Of a stretch of 64,000 nt of DNA, positions 8,701 to 17,607 are shown in pieces (the first letter of the stretch is position 1; each line of letters opens with the position of its first letter). A model generated the notes under the pieces. That model saw only the letters and a list, made by a program, of their open reading frames with translations, did no database searches and was not told the origin of the DNA. Both the position numbers and the translations under genes were made by a program. Source of the stretch: a virus (lineage: Duplodnaviria; Caudoviricetes); the IMG/VR virus record IMGVR_UViG_3300021255_000070, positions 1 to 64,000 of that record. One strand, given 5' to 3'.

Positions 8701-8919
8701 CTACCTCCCGTAGTAAAGTTTACCCTTACTATCAACAAATTCATACCATCTATCTGATGGGTCAGGTGAATTGAGTAGAACTCTACCTGTTGCATGGCAG
8801 AGTTCTTCATTACCATTTGAAGTTTCAAATCTTTTATCAAATGGCATATTTTCATCCTCCATTGGGAGGATAATTGGATAAATATTATCTAAAGTCATAA
8901 CTACCTCTACTAAGCTCAA
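8701..8919 (-). CDS. Early hypothetical protein
   Basis: 72-aa ORF downstream of the 8947-8967 promoter; start may be the internal MTLD (GAGG upstream). Confidence 0.7.
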   Translation of the reverse strand: MSLVEVVMTLDNIYPIILPMEDENMPFDKRFETSNGNEELCHATGRVLLNSPDPSDRWYEFVDSKGKLYYGR

Positions 8920-8946
8920 AAATATATTTATTAGGCAAATACATGC

Positions 8947-8967
8947 CCATTAGGTGCGTTAGCACCT
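8947..8967 (-). promoter_or_regulatory. Virion RNAP hairpin promoter (leftward transcription)
   Basis: Template strand CC-ATTAGGTGC-GTTA-GCACCT: 6-bp stem, same CC-to-loop spacing as the other two. Confidence 0.75.
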
Positions 8968-9059
8968 TAGTAATAGAGTGTAATAAGGTAAAGGGTAGAT
9001 TAAGGAATATTTAAGAAAAGAAATTATTGAGAGATTGTAAATATATTTGGGAATATAGT

Positions 9060-9108
9060 TTACACGTGTAAGGTGTACTGTGTAAAGTGTTTTGTGTTTG
9101 TAAAGTGT
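9060..9108. repeat. Palindrome plus three direct repeats (operator/iteron-like)
   Basis: TTACACGTGTAA palindrome (9060-9071); TGTAARGTGT at 9067, 9081 and 9099. Confidence 0.7.
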
Positions 9109-9120
9109 AATTCTATTTAT

Positions 9121-9159
9121 AAAAAATAAAAAAAGAAAAAGGGCATTAGCCCTTTTTCT
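9121..9159 (-). terminator. Intrinsic terminator
   Basis: AGAAAAAGGGC-ATTA-GCCCTTTTTCT spanning the stop codon, long T run downstream on the minus strand. Confidence 0.75.
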
Positions 9160-9361
9160 CCTCTACCATTTCAATAATCAATGTAACATTAGGTATCTCT
9201 ATACGAGATTCTTCACTCTCAGAGATATAATCACTTATATCTCTAACGCAAAACGTATTACGACAAATTGCAGTTGGTTCTTTTTCTTCCTGACCTAAAG
9301 CAGAGATATTAAATCTAATACTAGATTTTGCCTTGATATCACTTAACTTCAATGTACTCAT
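9146..9361 (-). CDS. Early hypothetical protein
   Basis: 71-aa ORF, ATGA overlap with the upstream gene. Confidence 0.7.
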   Translation of the reverse strand: MSTLKLSDIKAKSSIRFNISALGQEEKEPTAICRNTFCVRDISDYISESEESRIEIPNVTLIIEMVEEKKG

Positions 9362-9603
9362 AATTCCATCTCCTTATCAAATCTCTTACAAGCTTTCTCA
9401 AAGTCTGCTTCAGTTTCAAAGAAATCTCTCGATTTCTTTTCTTCCTTTGCAACATGACGAATAGCTTTCTGTTTATTAGTTAGCTTCATATCTGTCGCCT
9501 TTATAAGACCTACAGATGATAACTGACTTGTTGTACTATTGAGGTTCTTCAACGTACCCCAAAAAGCAACAGTAACTACAAGTATTAACACGATCAACGC
9601 CAT
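9358..9603 (-). CDS. First early gene, membrane-anchored hypothetical protein
   Basis: N-terminal hydrophobic stretch MALIVLILVVTVAFW, GGAGG RBS. Confidence 0.75.
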   Translation of the reverse strand: MALIVLILVVTVAFWGTLKNLNSTTSQLSSVGLIKATDMKLTNKQKAIRHVAKEEKKSRDFFETEADFEKACKRFDKEMEL

Positions 9604-9628
9604 AATGTTTTACCTCCATAGATATAAA

Positions 9629-9914
9629 GCTAGGCAGTAGCTGGCTGCCTAGCAGAGCCATAGTCCTTGGTTACAGCTCCATGATAAGCGTAGCTACATA
9701 CAGCTCATAGGTATCCACTGAGGTATCCAGCGTATACCGGGGGGGGGATGTCTCAAAGAGCTACCCTATGAGCTGAGATACTGCATCTATAAGTAATTAT
9801 GTACCCCATAGGGGTTTTCTATAGTATATATCCACTATAAGCTTTTACTCCTCTACCTTGTTTATGGACTGCGAGGAAGGGGGCGAGCGAAGCGGAAGCC
9901 CCCTGACGAAGCAG
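9629..9914. other. Probable genome terminus region (early/late divergence), palindrome-rich
   Basis: Non-coding, between the first early gene and the terminase operon as in N4; hairpins at 9629-9653, 9803-9815 and 9878-9904; inverted repeat 9701-9711/9765-9775 around G9 (9739-9747). Confidence 0.6.
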
Positions 9915-10038
9915 GACAATAAATAAAAAGAAAATACCTTTATATACTCTATTCTTAGAATAGGGTTTATTTATATAAATCAAGAGGATAGAGTAGGTTC
10001 TAAGTTCTTATTTGATACTGAACCATGTTATTTAGATA

Positions 10039-10067
10039 TTGAAATAGGTATTTAATGTAACTATAAT
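10039..10067 (+). promoter_or_regulatory. Sigma70-type late promoter
   Basis: TTGAAA-17 nt-TATAAT upstream of the late operon; N4 late transcription uses host RNAP. Confidence 0.7.
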
Positions 10068-10144
10068 TATACTGAATTGAATAAAAATAAACCTATTACT
10101 AAATAATATTTAGTAATAGGTTAATGAATAAGGAGTGGTTATTT

Positions 10145-10585
10145 ATGTCTAAAAGTATAGACCTAGGAGCTTATGCTGGTCAAGGAATTAACCCTAAAAC
10201 TAAACAGGTATCAGCTCTTATCTATAAGACTAAGAATAATTTAAAAGGGAGTTTTGACCGTGTTATGAAAACTGCTAGAAAAGAAACTATGAATTTAATA
10301 ATAAATCAGACTTCTGTTCATGGTTTTAGATTAATGTTTTTTATCCTTGAAATAATAGATTTAAATAAAGGTACTTCTCCAGTTGTATGTTTAACTCAGA
10401 AATACTTAGAAGAGAATGTTATACATGGAGAATACCCAAGTAATCATAAAGGTTTATATACAGGTATTAAAGATTTAATCAGCCTTAAAGTTATTAAACC
10501 ATTCCCTCAAGTAGGAAGAGGACATTATATGGTCAACCGTAACTGGTTTCCTATTGGTTCATTAAGTAATCAGGAGAGCTTCTAA
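10145..10585 (+). CDS. Putative winged-helix DNA-binding protein (RepL-like)
   Basis: C-terminal LYTGIKDLISLKVIK...GHYMVNRNWF resembles RepL/wHTH ends; AAGGAG RBS supports start 10145 (track start 10124). Confidence 0.5.
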   Translation: MSKSIDLGAYAGQGINPKTKQVSALIYKTKNNLKGSFDRVMKTARKETMNLIINQTSVHGFRLMFFILEIIDLNKGTSPVVCLTQKYLEENVIHGEYPSNHKGLYTGIKDLISLKVIKPFPQVGRGHYMVNRNWFPIGSLSNQESF

Positions 10586-11311
10586 ATGGATAATACAAAT
10601 AATCTGACTATTGAAGATGTAAAAAGAGCTGTACCAGCTAAACTTAAAGTAGCTATCAATCAGGATATAGTAGATAAGATTAATAACGTATCTAAAGACC
10701 CTGAACTGGCTAAATCTATTCAGGATAACTTTATTACTTATTCCTTGGTTCTAAGAGAAGGAAAATATAAAGTAGAAGATTATCTTAATGCTGTAACCTT
10801 CTGTACTTATAAAGTAATGGGTATGTCTAATGTAGATGCCTATATTAAAACCTTCCCTACAAGACATCAGATGTTATTAGCTAGAGGAGCCACTGAGAAA
10901 GATATATCCAGTTTCGTAGCTAATTACTTCAGAAATAAGATGGTACAGTCTATCTTAGAAAAAACTATTATTCCATTCCATATACTGAATCAAGATGCTA
11001 GGCAGGAAGCTCTTAATACTCAGGTAAAGCTTATGATGACAGCTAAATCTGAGATGGTAAGAATGAAAGCAGCAGATAGTGTTCTAGCTCACACAGAAGC
11101 TCCTACTGCTACCGGTCCTCTACTCAATGTAAACATTGGTAAGTCCTCTGCTATGGAAGATTTAGAGAGAACCATCACAGATTTAGCTAGAATACAGAAG
11201 AAAGCTATTGAAGATAATCTAGTCTCTACTAAAGATATTGCAGAGCAGAGAATTGTAGAAGCTGAAGTAATAGATTCTACTGATGAACCAGAGGAAGAAG
11301 ATTATGAGTGA
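10586..11311 (+). CDS. N4 gp69-like protein (putative terminase small subunit)
   Basis: Position before TerL; YLNAVTFCTYKVMG...NKMVQSILEKTIIP pattern seen in N4-like gp69. Confidence 0.7.
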   Translation: MDNTNNLTIEDVKRAVPAKLKVAINQDIVDKINNVSKDPELAKSIQDNFITYSLVLREGKYKVEDYLNAVTFCTYKVMGMSNVDAYIKTFPTRHQMLLARGATEKDISSFVANYFRNKMVQSILEKTIIPFHILNQDARQEALNTQVKLMMTAKSEMVRMKAADSVLAHTEAPTATGPLLNVNIGKSSAMEDLERTITDLARIQKKAIEDNLVSTKDIAEQRIVEAEVIDSTDEPEEEDYE

Positions 11312-12896
11312 TGCTAAATCCTTAGATGAATGGTTAGATACTGTGGACTACAGTAAGTATGAACATTATACTCCTAGTAAGTTTGCTCTTAAGTATCTTA
11401 ACTTCTTAAAGCTTGTAAACGGAGCACAGGGAGAGAGTAATAAAACTCCTCCTTTTCATCTTTATATGCTGGATAAACTTACATCCCCTAGTGAGTTTAT
11501 AGTAAATCTCTGTTTCCGTGGTTCAGGTAAGACTTCCATTTATGCTGAGTATTTATTCTTTTTCTTGGCTCTATTTCCTAAAGTACCTTATCTAGGTGAT
11601 ATTTCTGTAGCATTATATATAGCTGATTCTATGGAGAATGGTGCTAAGAACCTTAGAAAGAATATGGAGCATAGATACTATAACTCTGAGTTCTTACAGA
11701 AATATTTACCTAAAGCTAAATGGACTGATACCTCTATAGAACTTACCAATGCAGATGGTCATGATTTCTCTCTGAAAATGTATGGTGCATCTACTGGCTT
11801 TCGTGGTACTAAGACCTTTGGTAAAAGACCTAATCTTGTAATCTTAGATGATATTATTCCTGATGAGGCAGGTAGGTCTAAAACTCTTATGGATAATATT
11901 GAAGATATGCTGTATAACGCTGTTATACCTGCATTAGACCCATCTAAGAAAAAAGTAATTTTAAATGGTACCCCATTCTCAAAAGAAGATGTAGTGGTTA
12001 AAGCTGTTGAGTCTGGTTCTTGGGAAGTAAATGTATTCCCTATCTGTGAGAAGTTCCCTTGTGAAAAGAAAGATTTTAGAGGAGCTTGGGAAGACAGATT
12101 TCCATATGAGTATGTAGCTAAACAGTTTGAAGTATTTCAGTCTGTAGGTAAGACTGCCGGCTTCTATCAGGAATATATGCTGCGTATTAATTCAGCAGAA
12201 GAAAGATTAGTACAGGAATCAGAAATAAACTGGTATTCAAGACAGGATCTACTAAAAGTAAAATCTAACTTCAATTTTTATGTTACTACTGACTTTGCTA
12301 CTTCAGCCAAACAGAAAGCTGACTGGTCTGTTATTTCTGTATGGGCTTATAACAACAATGGTGACTGGTTCTGGGTAGATGGTATCTGTGAGAAACAGAC
12401 TATGGATAAAAACATAGATGATTTATTTTCTTTGGTTCAGTTATACCAGCCTGCTTCAGTAGGTGTAGAAGTAACAGGACAGCAGGGAGCCTTTATTAAC
12501 TGGCTCCAGAGAGAAATGATGACTAGAAACATCTTCTTCTCATTTGCTAGGTCAGGTAAAAATAAGTCAACTGTAGGTATCAGACCCGAAACAGACAAAC
12601 TCACTAGATTCAATCTTATGGTTCCATATTTTAAAATGGGTAAAATATTCTTTCCTGAAGAGCTTAAATCAACTAAAATTATGAATGAGTTCTTAGGAGA
12701 ATTAGCTCTAGTTACTCGTAACGGAATCAAGGGGCATGATGACTGTATAGATACTATATCTATGCTTGCCTATATGAATCCTTGGAAACCTTCGCTTAAC
12801 TCAGAACCAACATATAACTCAGATAGTAATTACTATGGTTTTGATGAAACAGATTATATAGAGCAAGGTTCTAATATGGATTCATACATTGTATAA
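11304..12896 (+). CDS. terL: Terminase large subunit
   Basis: Walker A-like FRGSGKTS, Walker B LVILDDII, coupling motif NGTP, nuclease TTDFA and GHDDCIDT. Confidence 0.95.
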   Translation: MSDAKSLDEWLDTVDYSKYEHYTPSKFALKYLNFLKLVNGAQGESNKTPPFHLYMLDKLTSPSEFIVNLCFRGSGKTSIYAEYLFFFLALFPKVPYLGDISVALYIADSMENGAKNLRKNMEHRYYNSEFLQKYLPKAKWTDTSIELTNADGHDFSLKMYGASTGFRGTKTFGKRPNLVILDDIIPDEAGRSKTLMDNIEDMLYNAVIPALDPSKKKVILNGTPFSKEDVVVKAVESGSWEVNVFPICEKFPCEKKDFRGAWEDRFPYEYVAKQFEVFQSVGKTAGFYQEYMLRINSAEERLVQESEINWYSRQDLLKVKSNFNFYVTTDFATSAKQKADWSVISVWAYNNNGDWFWVDGICEKQTMDKNIDDLFSLVQLYQPASVGVEVTGQQGAFINWLQREMMTRNIFFSFARSGKNKSTVGIRPETDKLTRFNLMVPYFKMGKIFFPEELKSTKIMNEFLGELALVTRNGIKGHDDCIDTISMLAYMNPWKPSLNSEPTYNSDSNYYGFDETDYIEQGSNMDSYIV

Positions 12897-12905
12897 GGAG
12901 CTAAT

Positions 12906-13637
12906 ATGAAAACTACACAAGATTTCATTAAATCTCTAGGTCTAGGTACTTTAAAAAATCTTACTGGTTCAATAGTAGATACAGAGCATAATATTCTTGA
13001 TAAAGCTATTCCTGAATTAATCCACTGGACTAATGAAGGACTGAATACTTTGCATACTATTCTTGAGATACCTGATAGTCTTACTATTCATATTTATGAA
13101 TCTAGAGTAACTTATCCTTTACGTAGTGAATACAATATGACTGAAGAGGATTACTTCAGTGATAAACCAATCTATGAAAGGTTTATCTGGAAAGGTCGTA
13201 AAGAGGATGGCTCAGTAGAATACTTCAATGATAATCTGATGCAGATTATTTCAGTATCTACTCATGAAGGATTAAAGCTTCCTCTTAATGACTACTCTAA
13301 TGTATTCTCTGCATATACCCCTGAATTTGATGTACTACAGCTACCTACCAATATGCCATCAGGTGTAGTGGAAGTACTGTATAGAGCTAAACATCCTGAA
13401 GTATCTTATGAAGATAATACTATTATCAGATTACCTCCTACTCTGTATGATGCATTAGCTAACTATATAGCTTACAAAATTCACTCTACTATGAATGGAA
13501 CAAATGCTGTAGAAAACGCAAATAAATACTATAATGAGTATAACAATATAGTTGAAAATGCCATACGCACAGGAGTCATCAATCATAATGATTACCAACC
13601 TGACTTTGGTAAATTTTATAAAAGAGGGTTTGTATAA
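12906..13637 (+). CDS. N4 gp67-like virion structural/adaptor protein
   Basis: Position after TerL; NEGLNTLH, EVLYRAKHP, ALANYIAYKIH, KFYKRGFV pattern. Confidence 0.75.
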   Translation: MKTTQDFIKSLGLGTLKNLTGSIVDTEHNILDKAIPELIHWTNEGLNTLHTILEIPDSLTIHIYESRVTYPLRSEYNMTEEDYFSDKPIYERFIWKGRKEDGSVEYFNDNLMQIISVSTHEGLKLPLNDYSNVFSAYTPEFDVLQLPTNMPSGVVEVLYRAKHPEVSYEDNTIIRLPPTLYDALANYIAYKIHSTMNGTNAVENANKYYNEYNNIVENAIRTGVINHNDYQPDFGKFYKRGFV

Positions 13638-13639
13638 TT

Positions 13640-15406
13640 ATGACAATGATGAAAAAAGAATGGTCAGATCCAAACTTTAATAAACCTCTTGTTGACCGTA
13701 TGCTAGGTGTAGCCTACCAACGAGTTAAACAAGTACAGGAAAATCTTGATTCATTAAAATTCTTTACTGAACATCTGGCAGCAGTAGAAGAGGGTAAAGA
13801 ATCTTTAGATAATCTGGCTAATATTATTGCTAATACTGATACAGGTTCATACCTAATAGGACAGGAATTGGGTCATGTGGGTGAAGATGGTAATTTTGAA
13901 CCAACGGATGCCACTCAGTTTATTAGAGCATTAGCTTTAAATATTAACTACTTTAAACCAATCTTTGAAAATCTAGACCATATTCAGAAAGCAGGTATCT
14001 ATATTCAGGACATTATTGCTTTGGCTCTAGGTATTGATGCTATCAAGAATGTATCTGATACTTTATCTGATATTAAGAAAGTAAATACTTATAAAGATTC
14101 TGTTAAGATTACAGCAAATTCTATTCAGAGTATTGTTACCTTGGCTCAGGACATAGAGACTATTCTCTTTATCAAAGATAAAATGCCTGACTTAGATACT
14201 ATCAATGCTCATTTAGAAAGTTTACAACTGATTTCAAATAAGATTCACTCTCTGGTTACTTTATCAGGTAATTTAGATGATATTAAGACAGCTATTTCTT
14301 ATTATGCAGATTTCAAAGCAGTCTTAGATAATAAAGAGCTTATAGCTTTGATGGCTGAATCACAGAATTCTATTGAATTTATTAATTCCAATTCAGCTAA
14401 ATTACAGAAGTTAGTAGATAATCAGGATAAACTGTTTACTCTGTTACATTATCTAGATACCTTTACTATTCTGGCTCTTCATGTAGACGATATGCACAAG
14501 GTAGTAGATAACATAGAGTTGATTAAAGAATATGCAGATATGTCTGAAAAGATTACTGCTCTATATTCAGCTCTGTATCCAGAAGCAAAACGTACTGAAG
14601 TTGTAGCAGAACCAGACCAGACAATTCAATCTTTGATTGATTCTATGGATTCTGGAGCAAGAATTATTCTATCTAAAGATATAGCCGAGAATCTGACTAT
14701 TCCAAATGGAAAGATTATTAATCTAGACCTGAATGGTTATAAGATTACTAATAAACTAGAATTAGATACTATTCGAGTAGAGCTAGGTGGTACTCTTAAC
14801 CTCTATGGTTCAGGTACTATTGATAATATTACCAAGAATAAAGCTCCTATCTTCAATAACGGTTCATGTATTATTAAAGATACTACCATTACCAAGTCTA
14901 GAGAAGAGTATTATGCTATTCTTAATCATGGTCGTATGGTTCTAGGTGCAGGTGTTACCTGTATCTTAGGAGCTAATGCTCTATCATCTAATGTAGTAAA
15001 TGGTTACTATGATTATACAAATACAAATGAAAGACTAGGTCATGTATTAAACACAAATCTTGCTAATCCATCTATAATTATCAATGGTGGTAGTTATATT
15101 GGTGGTCAGAATGTATTTAAGAATGATGATGGTGGTATAGCTACTATTAATAATGGTGAGTTTATCCACACCAAAGAGTCAGATGGTAGTGCATTATTCA
15201 ATGTGAACCAGTTATCAGTAAAATTCTGTACTGCATCTTCTACTCATAAATATGTAATCTATAATCGTAAGTATGATGATAATGTAGATGTAGGTAATAT
15301 GATTATAGAGAATGGTAAATTCACTGGTTCAGTAGCTAATACCAATGGTACTCTTGCTATCAAGGGTGGTGAATTTACTGATGATGTATCTGAGTATATG
15401 GTTTAA
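13640..15406 (+). CDS. Tail appendage protein with coiled-coil stalk and beta-helix-like C-terminus
   Basis: N-terminal VDRMLGVAYQRVKQV (N4 gp66-like anchor), about 10-residue hydrophobic repeats, G/N/I-rich C-terminal repeats (INGGSY, INNGEF, IENGKF, IKGGEF). Confidence 0.6.
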   Translation: MTMMKKEWSDPNFNKPLVDRMLGVAYQRVKQVQENLDSLKFFTEHLAAVEEGKESLDNLANIIANTDTGSYLIGQELGHVGEDGNFEPTDATQFIRALALNINYFKPIFENLDHIQKAGIYIQDIIALALGIDAIKNVSDTLSDIKKVNTYKDSVKITANSIQSIVTLAQDIETILFIKDKMPDLDTINAHLESLQLISNKIHSLVTLSGNLDDIKTAISYYADFKAVLDNKELIALMAESQNSIEFINSNSAKLQKLVDNQDKLFTLLHYLDTFTILALHVDDMHKVVDNIELIKEYADMSEKITALYSALYPEAKRTEVVAEPDQTIQSLIDSMDSGARIILSKDIAENLTIPNGKIINLDLNGYKITNKLELDTIRVELGGTLNLYGSGTIDNITKNKAPIFNNGSCIIKDTTITKSREEYYAILNHGRMVLGAGVTCILGANALSSNVVNGYYDYTNTNERLGHVLNTNLANPSIIINGGSYIGGQNVFKNDDGGIATINNGEFIHTKESDGSALFNVNQLSVKFCTASSTHKYVIYNRKYDDNVDVGNMIIENGKFTGSVANTNGTLAIKGGEFTDDVSEYMV

Positions 15407-15416
15407 GGAGTAGTAT

Positions 15417-16523
15417 ATGACTGAAGAAATCTTACCTAATATGAATGATATTGGTAATAGACATATTACTACTGCTGAATTAGAAAGATATAGAGGTATT
15501 CCTAAACAGGTAGTTTGTATCAGTGATGATAAGAATAGGCTTGCTCTTTTATATGGTGATAGAGTAAATCACTATGAAAAGACAGTTCTATTCTCAGACC
15601 TTACAGAGAGTACTTTAGAAGCCTGCTTCAAATTACTCAAATATACTTACCTAAGAAAGAACATTACAGAAGGTTCTTTTACCCTTAATACAGATTTATA
15701 CTCTATATTTGATTTAACTCTTAATAGAGCTACCCAATTAAGCCTCGTATCCAGTGATACTTCAGAGAACCAAGCTAAAGAAGTAACTATTCTAGTATCA
15801 AATACTACTAACTCTTCTTTAAGCTTTACCAACTCTATTCGCTGGATAGGTAAAGAGCCAGTATTCCCTACTGATACTGGTTCAAAGTATTTAATTAAAC
15901 TCTACTATACTTCTACAGGTTGGATAGGTGAATACAGAACATCAACTGATTTATCTGAAGACTCAGAAGATAGTTCCTTAATTAATATCAGTGAAGAAGA
16001 TAGACAAATAATGTCAGATATTAGTCAGAACCTTGACGATATAAGACAACTTGCAACTAATCTTACTAAACTAACTACTCTTGAAAATAGCATCGAAGAC
16101 CTTAATGTAGTAAGTCAAAATACAACACAGTTAGTAAAACTGGCTGAAAGTATTAGTAAGCTTACCGAATTAAGCATATCATTAGATAGCGTATTACAGG
16201 TACAACAGTACCTAGATATGATTAAGCTTGTAGCTCATCATCTGAAAGATAAATACTTCCTAGATGTGAAAGTTACAAACCAAAAGATTGATGGTAATAC
16301 TATTCTCCCTCTAGATAAGATTGTCTTGGCTCCTTGTGGATATATCCCTACTTCAGGTGGTAATTCACCAAGTGGTATAGATACTGATTCTAGTGATGGT
16401 ACTATATCTCCTCAACTTCTAATCTGGTCAGATGAAGATGTTGATGACACTATGGTAGGTGATGGTACTATTGTCGTAAGTCCAACCCGTAATAAGATTA
16501 ATTCTGTAATTGTAAAGGAATAA
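15417..16523 (+). CDS. Putative tail-associated protein
   Basis: Within the tail array; has similar decad-like coiled-coil repeats. Confidence 0.5.
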   Translation: MTEEILPNMNDIGNRHITTAELERYRGIPKQVVCISDDKNRLALLYGDRVNHYEKTVLFSDLTESTLEACFKLLKYTYLRKNITEGSFTLNTDLYSIFDLTLNRATQLSLVSSDTSENQAKEVTILVSNTTNSSLSFTNSIRWIGKEPVFPTDTGSKYLIKLYYTSTGWIGEYRTSTDLSEDSEDSSLINISEEDRQIMSDISQNLDDIRQLATNLTKLTTLENSIEDLNVVSQNTTQLVKLAESISKLTELSISLDSVLQVQQYLDMIKLVAHHLKDKYFLDVKVTNQKIDGNTILPLDKIVLAPCGYIPTSGGNSPSGIDTDSSDGTISPQLLIWSDEDVDDTMVGDGTIVVSPTRNKINSVIVKE

Positions 16524-16527
16524 TATT

Positions 16528-17382
16528 ATGGCTATTGATAAGATTCAAGGTAACTTAAAAGTTCGTATTGGTGACAAAGTTGTTGAGTTAATTGGCTTAA
16601 CTTCTGGTGATATTACTAACATCAATGCTGCTATTTCTGCTATTAATAATTTATCTGTACTAGCTACTACTGGTGCTGCTGCTGACGTATCCGTAGCTGA
16701 CGCTGCTGGTAAGTTTGAAGGCACTACTGTAGAAGCTGTACTTGCTGAGTTAGCAGACTTAGTAGGTGATGGTACTGATGCTGCCAAAATACACCTAGTA
16801 GATGCATCAGCAGGTCAGTCAGATTATGCTAAGGTATATGAGTTATATCAGGGTGCAGATGATTCTGATATGACTAAGAATACCAAAGTTGGTACCATTA
16901 ATATTCCTCTGGATAAGGTATTACAATCAGGTAAAGTTGTAACCATTACTTCTAATCAGGATACTGATGGTGATACTACTTCAGGTCTTGCAGATGGTAA
17001 GTATGTTAAGCTGGTTCTGCAAAATGTACCAAACCCTCTGTATATCAACGTACATGATTTAGTAGATGTATATACTACCAATAATCAGACTGCTGAAGTA
17101 ACTGTATCTGTTGATGCTAATAACAACATTACTGCTACTATTGGTGAGGTATCAGCTACTAAGGTAGTTTATACTGAAGCTGATGCTCAGGCAGGTACTT
17201 CTAAAGAAACTGTAAAACAGGCTTTAGATCGCGTTGGTACTGCTTTAGATAACCTAGGTATTAAAGAGGTTACTGTAGTAAATACCTTTACTGCTGACGA
17301 CCAAATGACCGATGGTGCTGTAGAGTTCTGTCAGAATACTGGTAATATTAGTGCTGTAACTTATACTGGTTCAAATAGCTAA
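16528..17382 (+). CDS. Putative tail fibre-like protein
   Basis: A/T/D/G-rich composition, within the tail array. Confidence 0.5.
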   Translation: MAIDKIQGNLKVRIGDKVVELIGLTSGDITNINAAISAINNLSVLATTGAAADVSVADAAGKFEGTTVEAVLAELADLVGDGTDAAKIHLVDASAGQSDYAKVYELYQGADDSDMTKNTKVGTINIPLDKVLQSGKVVTITSNQDTDGDTTSGLADGKYVKLVLQNVPNPLYINVHDLVDVYTTNNQTAEVTVSVDANNNITATIGEVSATKVVYTEADAQAGTSKETVKQALDRVGTALDNLGIKEVTVVNTFTADDQMTDGAVEFCQNTGNISAVTYTGSNS

Positions 17383-17394
17383 TAGGAGAACCAA

Positions 17395-17595
17395 ATGACC
17401 CGTAAACTATACACTGGAAAGTTAAAAACAGAAAGTGGGGTCGTTTGGTTCGGTGGTGATTCCATCGAATCTGGGGACTCTCTGGCTGACTTACAGCCGG
17501 GAGTTCCTACTCTTTTACCCCCAACCGTTTATTCCAGCTTACAATCACAAGAAGAAAATAATACAGAAGAAGAAGAACCAGAAGAGAGTAACTAA
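17395..17595 (+). CDS. Small hypothetical protein with acidic tail
   Basis: 66-aa ORF, AGGAG RBS. Confidence 0.6.
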   Translation: MTRKLYTGKLKTESGVVWFGGDSIESGDSLADLQPGVPTLLPPTVYSSLQSQEENNTEEEEPEESN

Positions 17596-17607
17596 AGGAA
17601 TATAATT

